DNA from: Mytilus trossulus
Lineage: Eukaryota
Reading direction: 5' to 3'
Assembly (NCBI RefSeq): GCF_036588685.1
Contig: NC_086376.1
Coordinates: forward strand, 93,041,630-93,105,629
DNA: 64,000 nt
Below the pieces are notes generated by a model. That model was given only the letters and a program-made list of their open reading frames with translations. It searched no databases and was not told where the DNA came from. How positions within the stretch are numbered: the first letter of the stretch is position 1; each line of letters begins with the position of its first letter. This document shows, piece by piece, positions 52,054 to 63,612 of the stretch. Position numbers and translations under genes: made by a program.

Positions 52054-52719
52054 GGTAGCAATACACAGTTAGGAAAAAAACTTAAAATTGACACTCATAA
52101 TTTTTAAACACCCCCTTTCCCCTCCTGTCTAACAAAGAAGGCTTTATATGTGTGTTATGCATGTATATACTTGTAGAAAGATAATCTTCCATAGATTTGA
52201 TTTCTAATGGTCATAAGGGTGAAATATAATCCCTTTTGGGTGTAACCATGGCAACAATCTGCATTTCTTAGATACAAAATATAGCAAAAAAGGGGGGTGA
52301 ACATGTCACAAAAAGTCTCCAAAATTTGGTCTAAAGGAAAATTTCAATGAATTACAGTGATACCTTTCCTGAATCCATAGGTTTATATCTATCAAGTGGT
52401 CCAAAAAAAATCATATGTCTTCCTGCTCGTTTTTCCATAAAATTGAATTGAAAAGATCGAGCGCAAAATCTTTGTTGATAAACACTACAATAATTTATGG
52501 ACCTATGAACGGTACGGATAGGAAAATACGGACTGTCAATCATTGAAATGGCCTATAAAACATGTTAAAATCAATCTAAATGTTCATATAAACCCACTAA
52601 GAAGGCTATATTATTCTTCAATTACCTAAAAATCAATTTTATTGTACAAAAACTTTCATATTTAAAAAATTCACAGGGGCCATAATGCGAAACTAAACTT
52701 CTGACTGTGTATTGCTACC
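52054..52719. mobile_element. TIR element with 3-bp (TAT) TSD, nested in a HINE-like remnant inside the Sailor element
   Basis: TAT|GGTAGCAATACACAGT ... ACTGTGTATTGCTACC|TAT. Confidence 0.75.
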
Positions 52720-53224
52720 TATGGTCATTATGTTTTTAGTCTGTGCATTTGTTTGTCTGTCTGGCTTTATATTGAAGCTTTGGTCAAGGTAGTTTACAAC
52801 ACTTCTTTCTGCATGTTTGACGTTATTGTTTCAAGAACTTGGTATATATAGTTTTATCACGACAAGTTAAGAAGCATGCTTGAATTTTATTATGGTCTCA
52901 CTCTGACGAGTTGTGGTTCTTGGACTAAGAAAATCCCCTTAAAAAATCATCAGGCTTGAATATTGGCTTCATGTTTCTGTGTTTGTTTATACATTGCACT
53001 AGCTATTAATATATATATAGTACATATAGAAATTTCCATCATGACAAGTCTGAATTTTGGTTCCAATACAACAAGTTTATATCCAGTGGGATATGAGTGG
53101 GGGACTATTAAATGTATGTGTGTTGCCATGAAATATGCACATTATAGATATTATCATGTACATGTAGAAAGATGTGAGTGCCAATGAGACCTCTCTCCAT
53201 CTGAACCTCTGATTGCTTGTTAAT

Positions 53225-53640
53225 AGATATAGGAAGATGTGGTGTGAGTGCCAATGAGACAACTCTCCATCCAAATAACAATTTAAAAAGTAAACCATTA
53301 TAGGTTAAAGTAAGGTCTTCAACACGGAGCCTTGTTTCACACCGAACAACAAACTATAAAGGGCCCCAAAATTACTAGTGTAAAACCATTCAAACAGGAA
53401 AACCAACTGTCTAATCTATATAAACAAAACGAGAAACATGAATATATTACATAAACAAAAGACGACTACTGTACATCAAATTCCTGACTTAGGACAGGTG
53501 CAAACATTAGCAGCAGGATTAAACGTTTTAATGGATCCAAACCTTCTACCTTTTTCTGAAACAATAGCATAAAATCACAACATAGAAAAACACACGATAA
53601 AATATCAATTGGCAGACTTAACTTTTAATCAAAAAAAAAT
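53225..53640 (+). repeat. Abundant interspersed repeat with head AAGATGTGGT(G/A)TGA(G/T)TGCCAATGAGACAACTCTCC
   Basis: The same head recurs at ~1871, 30400, 35006 and 53168, and reverse-complemented at ~32245 and ~49620. Confidence 0.75.
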
Positions 53641-56600
53641 ATGATTACAAAATAAACGAAATACGAATGTTAAATATTATTAAAAAAAATCTGAAGAAGA
53701 AAGTCAGACAAATAAAAACATTCATGAGCTCAAGTTTATACTTGGAAATCAGACTGACTATAACTGTGCTTGTTCCAAAATGGCATGAAAAGTGTTAATG
53801 TATGCACTAACATTATGGTACACTACGTGTGGTCAACTAAAAGATGCTTATTATTTTTTTTTAACTTGGCATAAAAAGGGGTTGACGTCATGAAACTTTG
53901 CTCAGTGCTCAGAGCACAAAAATCATGCTCGAAACATGAAATCCAGCATTTTGATTGGTCGATTCTGGAGTCTTGAGTACAAAAGTTGTGCTTGAATGTT
54001 TTATGACCGCAAGGCCCGAACACAAATTCATTTAAAAGAAAACAAACAATACATGTAATTTAAATTTTCACCGTTTGTACCTACATGTATATATGAGGAC
54101 AATTCTCAGTTGACATGGAAAAAAAATGAATAGGCTAGCATATTTTACCCTTAACGCTAATAGTTAACGAAATCTTTGAATCCACAAAGATGCTTTTTAT
54201 TTTTCAGAAAATGAAAATTTTATAACATTATGATTACAGCATGTACAGCCAGTACCAAAGCACAAGTATTTTTCCGGCGATTTTGCACTGGTAAACAAAA
54301 GTCTAATCCTCATGTCCATTCCTTTCACCATATGAACTAGTTGTTCACAACTTCCAAATAATAATGACATCTCTGATGTTTTTATTTCAATATTCTTGTT
54401 TCTGCATGTTCAAGGTGCTTTTATTTCCAAAAACAAAATAGTCATGTAGACATCATGTGCATTGTAACAAGACATAATTATGTAAATTTTAAATGTTCTT
54501 GGTAGAAAATTGAGGAAAGGTATATTGCTTATAAAACATACATGTAACTGTAGTATTATAAATAAAAGTTGTAATGAATTTTAAATGCTTCAAATTAGCA
54601 TGAGTATAAGCTTCGACGTAGTCTTCAACAATGAGAATAACATTCTTTAATTCATGACAACTTGATAAAATATTTACTTTCCCCAAGTAATCTGATTTAT
54701 CCCCTTAGGCAACAACCATTTGATTTTTTGTTTTTGAGAGGGGGGAGGCCATCATATGGATTTTTTTTTTCAATTTTTGGAAAAAAAATAATTTGTTTTT
54801 GACACTGAAAAAAGAAATATGATTTCTTTTCACTCTCAGCTGCCACTACAGTAATGTTATGATAAATTTATAAGAACTTGTCGCCAATAAAATAGATTGG
54901 CGAAAAAAAAAGTTTGAGCGGGGGGGAAAAAAGCCAAAGCCTCCACCCAAGAAATCAAATGGTTGCTGCCTTATCTAATACAAAATGTTCCATTGAAAAT
55001 GTTGAAGGAAATTGCATAGTAAACAAATGTGTTTGATTGCTGCACACGTGAAGTGAGTGATACGCGACACATAATCATTAACCCAACATCAAGGACAAGG
55101 ATCAGGAACATCGAATGATCAACAGATTAGCGATCATCAAAGGCATGAATAAGGCCACACAAACATGTTATTTACAGAAAAAGGTTGCATATCATTATGA
55201 GAATTATGGATTTTCTTAACTACTGTACACAAACCTTCCATTCATCATGTTCATCGTAGATGTTGAAACCGTGACGGTGAAAACACGTGTATGAAATTGA
55301 TTCCGTTCCATTCATTGTATCATATTAAGAGCATACATTATAATTGCTAATCTTGGCATTGGATATGTTGTCAATAATATCATTCTGTACAATATGTAGC
55401 GTAAAAATACCGGGTACAAGATCATATTTTCATAGAATTAATCCTCAATTCCATGTTTTCTACTGTCTCATCTTGTTTACATCATTAGCGCGCGAAAAAT
55501 AACGAAACATTAGCCGAACGTTTCCGGAAACTCCGGAATTTCCCGAAGATTGATAAACAACAAACGATCCTCATAGAAACAAAGATGGCGACCAATCAAT
55601 GCAAACTTGTCGTAGGGAAAGTCAAGGTCGGAATTTCAACCGTCCAATACACAAGGGCTGCCGTAAAACATTTGGAAATGTCAACACCAAAAATTATGCG
55701 TTAGGAAAACATAATTTTGAATAAACGCGGTAAGTCATTTTTACGTACGAAGCGTTTTAGCCCAACCAGAATAACCTGAAATCGACTGTAGGGTTATTTG
55801 CTAGCTGTTTTATTTGGTTTATTCACTGAGGTTTAATTTGTGTCCCGTTTCAAACCTTTTGCCAGTTTTGTATTTTCTCACAAAAAAAGGATATGTGTAT
55901 TCACAGGCACTCGTTTACCTTTATATAATGAATTCTGAGACCAGTGCCTGATCAGTGGCTGTGTGCATGGTGTGTGTATTCATTAATTAACCTTAAAATG
56001 AATAAAAAAATAGCATATAAACTCTAATTATACTTGAATGATTTTCTTTTATTCAATTTACATAAATCTGGGTTTAGTTGTCTTTTATTAGAACTTTTGG
56101 TTTCTGATGCTTTATCATTTCATAATTGATTTGGCCTTTCACTTTTTCCAACTGAATTTGGGTTTGATGAAACCCCGTGTTTATTAGCAATGTTCTCGTT
56201 CGATGGACGCTTCCTAAAAACACTGGCTGAGTCTTGTTATCATTATAACTTTCCCTCAGTTTTCTATTTTTAGAAAGACAGGAAATTTTCAATTATAAAT
56301 ATTATAAAAATAGTTAACGTGACGACTGTAAACAGATAAGGGCAAATAATATAAACAGTAGCCAATAAAAGGGTTGAGAACTCATGGTTTTGGCATATAA
56401 TTGTGTTTTCCGTTGAATTAATTGGGTTGTTGAACACTTCAATGGACAATTTCATTGGGTTTTCTTTTATTTGCATTGCGTGATCACGCAAATACGCAGC
56501 TTATCTGGAGCTCTGAATTCTATGGCCTTTTTCTTCTGGCCCTCATACTTTTCATGTATTGAATCCATATTTTGAATGTAACGGTTTATTTGTGGTACAT

Positions 56601-56910
56601 ATTTAGTTGATCAATGTCTCCTTATAAAATACACTGATAGTGAAATGTCTATTCATTTTTTTGCTCTATCATGGTTGTTTTCTGCTGGTACTAAGACAGT
56701 AAGACTTGCTTTAGACTTTAGTGGTATACTTGTTCAGAGCTCTTTTTTATATGACCTGACCCTACTAAGTGGGTTTTTTCTTGTCACTTGGTGTTCGTCT
56801 TCCGATTTCGCCTTGTTAACTTATACAATTTCGCAGTCTCTGAAACTACTGGACCAAATGTTATTGAACATATGGGGCTCACAAAACATGTTGAACCCCG
56901 CCACATTTAT

Positions 56911-58065
56911 CAGGGCTTTCCATTGAAGCCGGTAGCCGGCGGAAATCCGCCGTTTACGGTGGCTTCAAGTGCCGGCTACTTCACTGACAAAAATATAAAT
57001 TCAAAAAGAAAAAAAAATCTTGTTCAAATGTTTAAGGCAGCCGAGAGACTTATTGTCGCAAAGTCGCGGTCACGACAAACAAGGATGAAAAGTCAGTTTT
57101 TACCTTGGGCTAAATATAGTTCACATGAATTCAGGTCACTGATTGGTTGTCTATTTAAAGTCAGAATGCATCGTTTCTTTTCAAAGATAACAAGAGAGAC
57201 GTTCCGGTGGTCATTGAAGGATAACAATAGAGACGTTCCGATGGTCATTAACTCGTTGGCTTTTTTTGGCTTTTAAAACGTGAAGACAATCAGATAGGAT
57301 GACAATTTTATGTTATGGAATATTATCAGTCAAATTAAACGAAGTGTAGTGGATCATATTGTTCAGAATCTGGAAAACAATATCTTTTGAAGTTCAATTT
57401 TCAAAGCCCACGTGGTGTTCAGAGAATCAAGGTCAAAAACGAAAGTAGAATATTGTCGACTCGACCTCAAATAAAAAACATTTCCAAATGATTTATGTAT
57501 CCGACTTATTGAACAGTTTACAAAAAAAAGAGAAAATCAGAGGATATATCAATTTTCTGTCAATGCTTGAGAAATAATTGTATAATTTAAATGCGCGTAA
57601 CAGTCTTTAGAGAGAAAAAGGGGGGGGGGGGGGGGGGGGGGGGTCATTTGTTTACAAATTATGCACGTAGTTATGCAAAATAAATCGATCAAGATTTTTA
57701 ACAAACCGGATTATTATATAAATAAATCTCCTTTAAAAGTAAATGAATTTTAAGCATAAGGTAATGAAAATAAAAAACTAAAGTAAAAAAAAAATGAAAT
57801 TTCTTTGAGATTTTTTTTTCTTTCTTTAATTTCATACATAAAAAATGGTGATTTGAAAGATGAAATTAGGTGCCAGGAGATCGCGAGAATGCAGGATTTT
57901 GCTCTATTTATGCCAGAGCTTCTGGGGGCCTTGAGCGGCCCCCAGACCCCCTGCCGTAAGGCACCAAGCTTACAGCTTGGTGGGAGTCCGGCTTCGCCGA
58001 ACGCATGTTACAGCCGCCTATAATTTTATTTTAGCCTGCTACTTCAATTTTAATGGAAAGCCCTG
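56911..58065. mobile_element. Non-autonomous hAT-like TIR element, 6-bp TSD, inserted in an older interspersed repeat
   Basis: CAGGGCTTTCCATT ... AATGGAAAGCCCTG with ATTTAT on both sides. The flanks rejoin as ...CCCCGCCACATTTATGCGCCTGTCCCAAGTCAGG. Confidence 0.8.
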
Positions 58066-59008
58066 ATTTATGCGCCTGTCCCAAGTCAGGAACCTCTGTT
58101 CTTTGTTAGTCTTGTATACTTTTTTCAATTTAATCTCATTTATATGTTTTGGAGTTTAGTATGAGGCACATTTTCACTGAACAATTTTAATCCCTGGGTG
58201 TGGTATTTTTCGTTGCGTTGAAGACCCATTGGTGGCCTTCGTATGTTGTCTGCTCTTTGGTAGGGTTGTTTCCTCTTTGATATATTCCCCGTTTTCATTC
58301 TCAATTTTATTACTTATGTTGAGCTCTACCTAATGTCCACATCACGTAAAAGCAGTTAGACTTCTAACAGGAGTTATCGACCTTATATGACGAATTTTAT
58401 CACTTGCATGTTCCAGCCTGTTATATTGAAATATATGGCAAATAGATAAAACTTTCAATTGCAAAAATTACCAGCAAGACAAGATCTATTGATTTTCATA
58501 GTTCTTTATTTCACCCCTGAATTTCCTTCTATATAAAAGTTCTTTCCGTTCCGTTTTCCATTTCCGCTGTTTAGCAACACCCAGTAAAAATAGCAAACAG
58601 AAAGTAGAAAAAAATGTTTTGACTTCAGGATTGCATAACTTTTTATTCTTCGAGGCAAGACCCACTTTTTTCGATTAAAACACAATTTCACATTAGTACA
58701 TGTACATAATATAAACATGAATTTTTTTTTCTATGTAGCATTTTTTAAAGATCAGCTGTTTTGCATGTAAGCCTATGGAGCAGTCAATTACAAGACTGCA
58801 ACCTTCAACATGTTCTGCTTATTTAATTTTACGTGCATCGTGATTTTCAAATGCTAATATTTTGCGTGTTCTGTATTTTTTAAAATAAATTATAAACACT
58901 GGGCAGAATCTGACATCAAGAAAAAAATTGATTGAAATTTGGAACAATGGAAGAAGAATATGACTATATTATATGAAGACCTCAACTGCAGAAAAGCAGG
59001 TCCCCAGA

Positions 59009-59915
59009 GATGTTGGCCAGATTGGACTGGGAGGAGATGTCATGGAGAGGATGCGTCCAGCAGTTGTAAAACTTGATGACAAGATTTTACAAGTGTGTGC
59101 AGGGGGTATGCACACAGTGTGCTTAACCAATAAGGGAGAGATAATTACATTTGGATGCAATGATGAATCAGCCCTTGGCAGAGAAACTTCATAAGAAGGA
59201 TCAGAGATGTACCCAGCTAAATTAAACCTGCCTTACAAAGTTATACAAGTTAGTGGTGGAGACAGTCATACAGCTGTATTAACTGAAGATGGCCATGTGT
59301 ATGCTTGGGGTAACTTTCGTGATGCAAATGGATCAATGGGCTTAACCTCTGGTGGCATAAGTAAAGACTCCCTTGAGATGTGCCCAGGGGAGACTGTTGT
59401 TAATATAGTCTCTGGAGGAGATCATTTAGTATGCTTAACAAACAAAGGGGAAATATTTACAGGAGGCTGTGCAGAATAAGGCCTGTTAGGAAGAGTAGCA
59501 GAGTGCTTTGCTGGTCGAGGCAGTAGGAGAGGAGAAGATTCTATATTAAAAATGGGGCCTGTAAGGTGCAGAAAACACAGTAGTAGAAAGCATGCCACAT
59601 TTTCAGACATCTGGGCAGGACAGTACGTTACTTTTGCCAAAGAAAAAGAATCCGGTGATATTTATTCTTGGGGACTAAATAACTACTTTCTGATAGGCTT
59701 TCATGATATGCAGAACAGATTTATTCCAAAGTGGATTCCATCATTTGCAGCTCTTAATAAACAATGGACTAAGATTCAAGCAGGCCAGCACCATACAATG
59801 TTGTTAGATGAGGATGGAAAAGTGTATACCATAGGAAGACCGGAGTATGGCAGGTTAGGACTTGGTGAGAAAAGTGGAGAAATGAAAGATCCTACACTAG
59901 TAACAAAATTAAGTG
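59009..59915 (+). pseudogene. RCC1: Intronless, doubly truncated RCC1 (regulator of chromosome condensation) pseudogene fragment
   Basis: Three ORFs in one frame joined across TAA stops at 59192-94 and 59477-79: DVGQIGLG...[11 protein letters not shown]...[12 protein letters not shown]...VSGGDSHTAVL...WGNFRDANG...SGGDHLVCL...GCAE*GLLGRV...RGSRRG...WGLNNY...AGQHHT...GRPEYGRLGLG. The N-terminus and last blades are missing. Confidence 0.9.
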
Positions 59916-60181
59916 AAAACATGTATGACCTAGTTTATCGGAAAATATACGCCGGGAAATACGAATGAATTAAGGTTATTATTAAAAGAATATTGCAAAT
60001 AATCGTGGCACAACACTGCTCCTCTTAAAGAAAAAAGAATTCTGTCCCTAGAATTGACATAAAATGAATAAATATTCAAATTTAAACATAAGAAGCAAAC
60101 ATACAATGTATATAAACAGTAAAACAACAATATATATAAATCTCATTCATTTAAAGTTCAATATGATTACAAAGTTCTTTC

Positions 60182-60784
60182 CTAATTTCTTGAATTAACA
60201 ACACACACGGTACTTCTGATCTTCTTAGCGGAATTACATGTAGGTTGAAACTTTGTTAATTTATTTTTAAGGTTTCTGACTTCTTCTTTCAGATCTGTCT
60301 TTCTTTTTTCCAGTCGCTCAATAAAATTACCAAAACCAAGGCACTCGAATCTATGTTTTTCTTCTAATTCTTTCAATTGATTTGCATGTGATGATTGTAA
60401 CTCTATTAATTTATTTTCTAATTCTACAATTGTTTCATCTTTTGGATCAATCTTTATTTCTACAATTTCAGTCTCCTCTTCTTGTATGAATATTTGATTC
60501 TTCATACATGTTGATTCATCAATTTCTTTAATGTCGTCACTTACTATTACCACATAAGGATTACTGCTTTTCACACAAATGTTTTCTTTATTTTAAACAT
60601 GAGGTTTTTTAGGATCTTTTATGTGTCTGTGCAATTGCCACTTAGCATTTGAAATGGTCTTGAAATTACATGTTTTGCATAAAAATGGGACTCTGTCATC
60701 CGAAGTATGTTTTATAATAAAATGTTGGATGGTATTTTTGGTATTTCCTGGAAAAGGACACTTGCAACATTGAAACAGTACCAT
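60182..60784 (-). pseudogene. Disrupted C2H2-like zinc-finger plus coiled-coil ORF, probably a transposable-element accessory gene
   Basis: ORFs 60784-60593 and 60574-60182 share a frame and are separated by one TAA. Motifs CxxC..HxxxxH and PFLCKTCNF...HRH are followed by a heptad-rich region. An acceptor-like TTTTACAG lies just upstream of the ATG. Confidence 0.55.
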
Positions 60785-62615
60785 AATTCTGTAAAAATAA
60801 AATTAATCAATACTTAATACTTTATAAATTAACAAGTATAAAATATAAAACAGGAATAAATACATGAAATAAATACATGTTTACAATATTTAGGTTTACA
60901 CTTAACATAACATTTATTCTAATTCGTTGAGTTTTCTATTAACCCAGTCTGGTATTTCACCTATGTACGGTATTAATTGGGGAAGACCTTGAAGCCGTCA
61001 ATCCCCAATGTAGTTGACCAGAGTGACATTCCCTCACATCATTCATTTTGTTTTTATAGTGTTGAAAACCCCCAACAAATCTTACTGAGAATGATAAGAT
61101 GGGAAGACACAAATGAATAAATTGACTTTATACACTTTTTTACACATTTCCCTTCTGTTTCTCTTGAAATTATCGTATATTGAGCTCTCCTTTACACTAT
61201 TTACGTTTCTTTTACAATCTGGAAAAATCAGTATGACGAGATATTCTAAATATATCCAACCTACATTATATTTTATAGTGACATTATTGTTGGAATGCCA
61301 CACTACGAATAAGCAGGGATATCCTTTACTGGTTATTTAAATCTGCATATCTTTTGATTATAATGTAGTTAAAGTTTTATTGCATAACCTTCTGTCCATG
61401 GTCAAGTTTTACATTGTTTTGAAATATGACTTTAAACAGTTGCATATTCTGTCTACATCTATGGCCAAGAAATTCCACTAAAAATGTGAATAAAAGGTGA
61501 ATGCCAGAGGCGGATTTAAGGGGGGGCAGGGGACACAGGCCCCCCCTTTTCTGAAAAAAAAATGGTTGATTATATAGGGAATCACTGAAGCGTGACAAAA
61601 GTGGCCCCCTATTAGGCAGTCAGTTGGCCCCCACTTATGAAAATTTCTGGATCCGCCACTGAATGTATCTCCTGTGACAGTGTGGATTAGAAAACACCAC
61701 ACTTTCAAATTAAACTGTCACTAATATAATACTATGTTAGTTGATAGATACTACATGACATGTTGTAGAGTGTATTTTGTTTTCTTCATTTATATGACTG
61801 TTAAAACAATGTGCATTATGGAAGTTAATACACAATATCAACCAAGAAATTAGTCTTTTTTTTATCATGTGAGATTTTATTAAACAACTTTATTTCATTT
61901 TTTTATAAATACATGCAGAGAGTGATTGCTATTTCTGTGCAGACAGAGATCTATAAGAATAGGTTTCTTTAAAATGTATTTCAATGTCAATTATAATTGC
62001 CATGTGTTGTAAATATTGACCTTTATTTACATCAACATCTTAAAATGAAACTTTTTTATTTGGGCTTTAATAAAGGGTTATAAAAATTTCTCAGACGAAA
62101 AATATCTATTATTTCATCTGATCTGTCCCTATATCTGCCATGATAGAATATTAAGTAATGCAGAAAGTATTTGATTCATTATTTTGAATATATTAACATG
62201 ATTAAGTATATCACAGGTTTCCCATGAAGGGACTGTACCAATTGCTGCAACTATCATTTGTTTATAAATTTTTCCATCGAATTCAAATGCATTGTCTTCT
62301 GAAATGATTCTCAACAATACCTTTTTGTATTAACCTGTTTTTACCTTTGTGTTTTTAACTGTTATTTGAGACAAAATTAAACTGTTAACTGTTTTCAACC
62401 CACTGGCTGTTTACTGTTTTAATGAAAATGAGATTCCTGTAATCTGTTACTAGACATATTTTGTTTACATTGTTTTTCAAAAAATATTCTTGTTCCTGTT
62501 TCTCATTTTTGTTTTGGAATAGGTCAAAAAAAAAAGAAAAGAAAACAGACAATTAATTAAATCTTGTTTATAAAGAATAGGTTTATTAACTTTTCAAAAT
62601 TTCCTCTTTAAAAAA

Positions 62616-63045
62616 CCATACCATGCTTCATACCATGGTATAATAATTTTTACCATGATATAGTAATTTGTACCATACCATCATACCATACCATGGTTCC
62701 ATTCATGTATACCATGGTATGATGGTATTCGTACCATACCATCATACCATAACACATACCATACCATCGTACCATACCATGTTTTACAGTATGCCAAAAA
62801 ATACACCTTGAATTTCAATAACTCTTGGTGCTCAATAATTTATTTATGGAAAATACACCTTATTTCAATAACTCTTTGTGTTCAATAAATTATATGGAAT
62901 AAATACACCTTGAATTTCTAAAACTCTTGGTGTTCAATAATTTATATGGAAAAAATACACCTTGAATTTTAATAACTCTTGGTGCTCCATTATTTATATG
63001 GAAAAAATACACCTTGAATTTCAATAACTCTTGGTGCTCAATAAT
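62616..63045. repeat. Degenerate (CCATA)n tract followed by 5 x ~51-bp tandem repeat
   Basis: CCATA/CATAC runs at 62616-62780, then AAAATACACCTTGAATTTCAATAACTCTTGGTGCTCAATAATTTATATGG units at 62797-63045. Confidence 0.85.
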
Positions 63046-63319
63046 ATCATATGTAAACCACAGTTTGAGTTTCAATATAAGCTGATTTGTATGTTGTTGT
63101 TGTTTTTTTAATTAATTAATTTCTTTTTTCCTTTCTGTTTTTTTTTAAATTTTCTTTTACCGCTGCCACCAATTGAAGCACCAACAGTTATTGTAAATGG
63201 TTGGCAGATATTATACACATATCAATTTTAAAGTCAAAGGAATAAAACTGTTTTGCAGTCCAAACTTTGAATACTCAAGAATAAAATTTGTTGGAATTAA
63301 ATAAAATCAGCTTTATTAA

Positions 63320-63612
63320 CCCTCTTGCTGCCGGAGGGACACATATGTCCAAACCGGCAGTGCCGGAGGGACACATATGTCCATGTTTTAAATTATGCAA
63401 GCTTCTCATCAATGCTGTATTTCTTTCAATTAAAAAACTGAAGATTTAACAGTGATATGTTTTTCTCCAATTTGTCCCAAATGTAACGGTCATTATGTCG
63501 TGACGTCATATATTGAATGACGTCATTGTTTGGCATATTACGTCACAGGTCGAGCTGTCGTATTTGCCGGCATATGAAATACCACCTTGAAAAACGGTCG
63601 GCAGCAAGAGGG
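63320..63612. mobile_element. piggyBac-like MITE
   Basis: TTAA|CCCTCTTGCTGCCG ... CGGCAGCAAGAGGG|TTAA, with the internal direct repeat GCCGGAGGGACACATATGTCCA present twice. Confidence 0.88.

Larger units (their letters stand above)
45034..55788 (+). mobile_element. 10.75-kb IS630/Tc1/mariner DNA transposon (Sailor-type, DD83E)
   Basis: TIRs at 45034-45140 and 55682-55788 (CAGTCGATTTCAGGTTATTCTGGTTGGG..., 3 mismatches in ~107 bp). TA on both sides (45032-33, 55789-90). Encloses the transposase gene. Confidence 0.93.

Noticed and set aside
55020-55500. C/D-box snoRNA cluster (several TGATGA-like words on the minus strand)
   Set aside because: No convincing paired C/D boxes with terminal stems or rRNA-complementary guides could be identified by eye.
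51278-55680. Fanzor/TnpB or other cargo protein in the transposon 3' region
   Set aside because: No long ORF and no RuvC or zinc-ribbon motifs found; mostly nested repeats. Only a ~58-codon minus-strand ORF near 54200-54370 without recognisable similarity.
56788-57276. 162-aa ORF
   Set aside because: Crosses the boundary of the 56911-58065 insertion; no homology signal.
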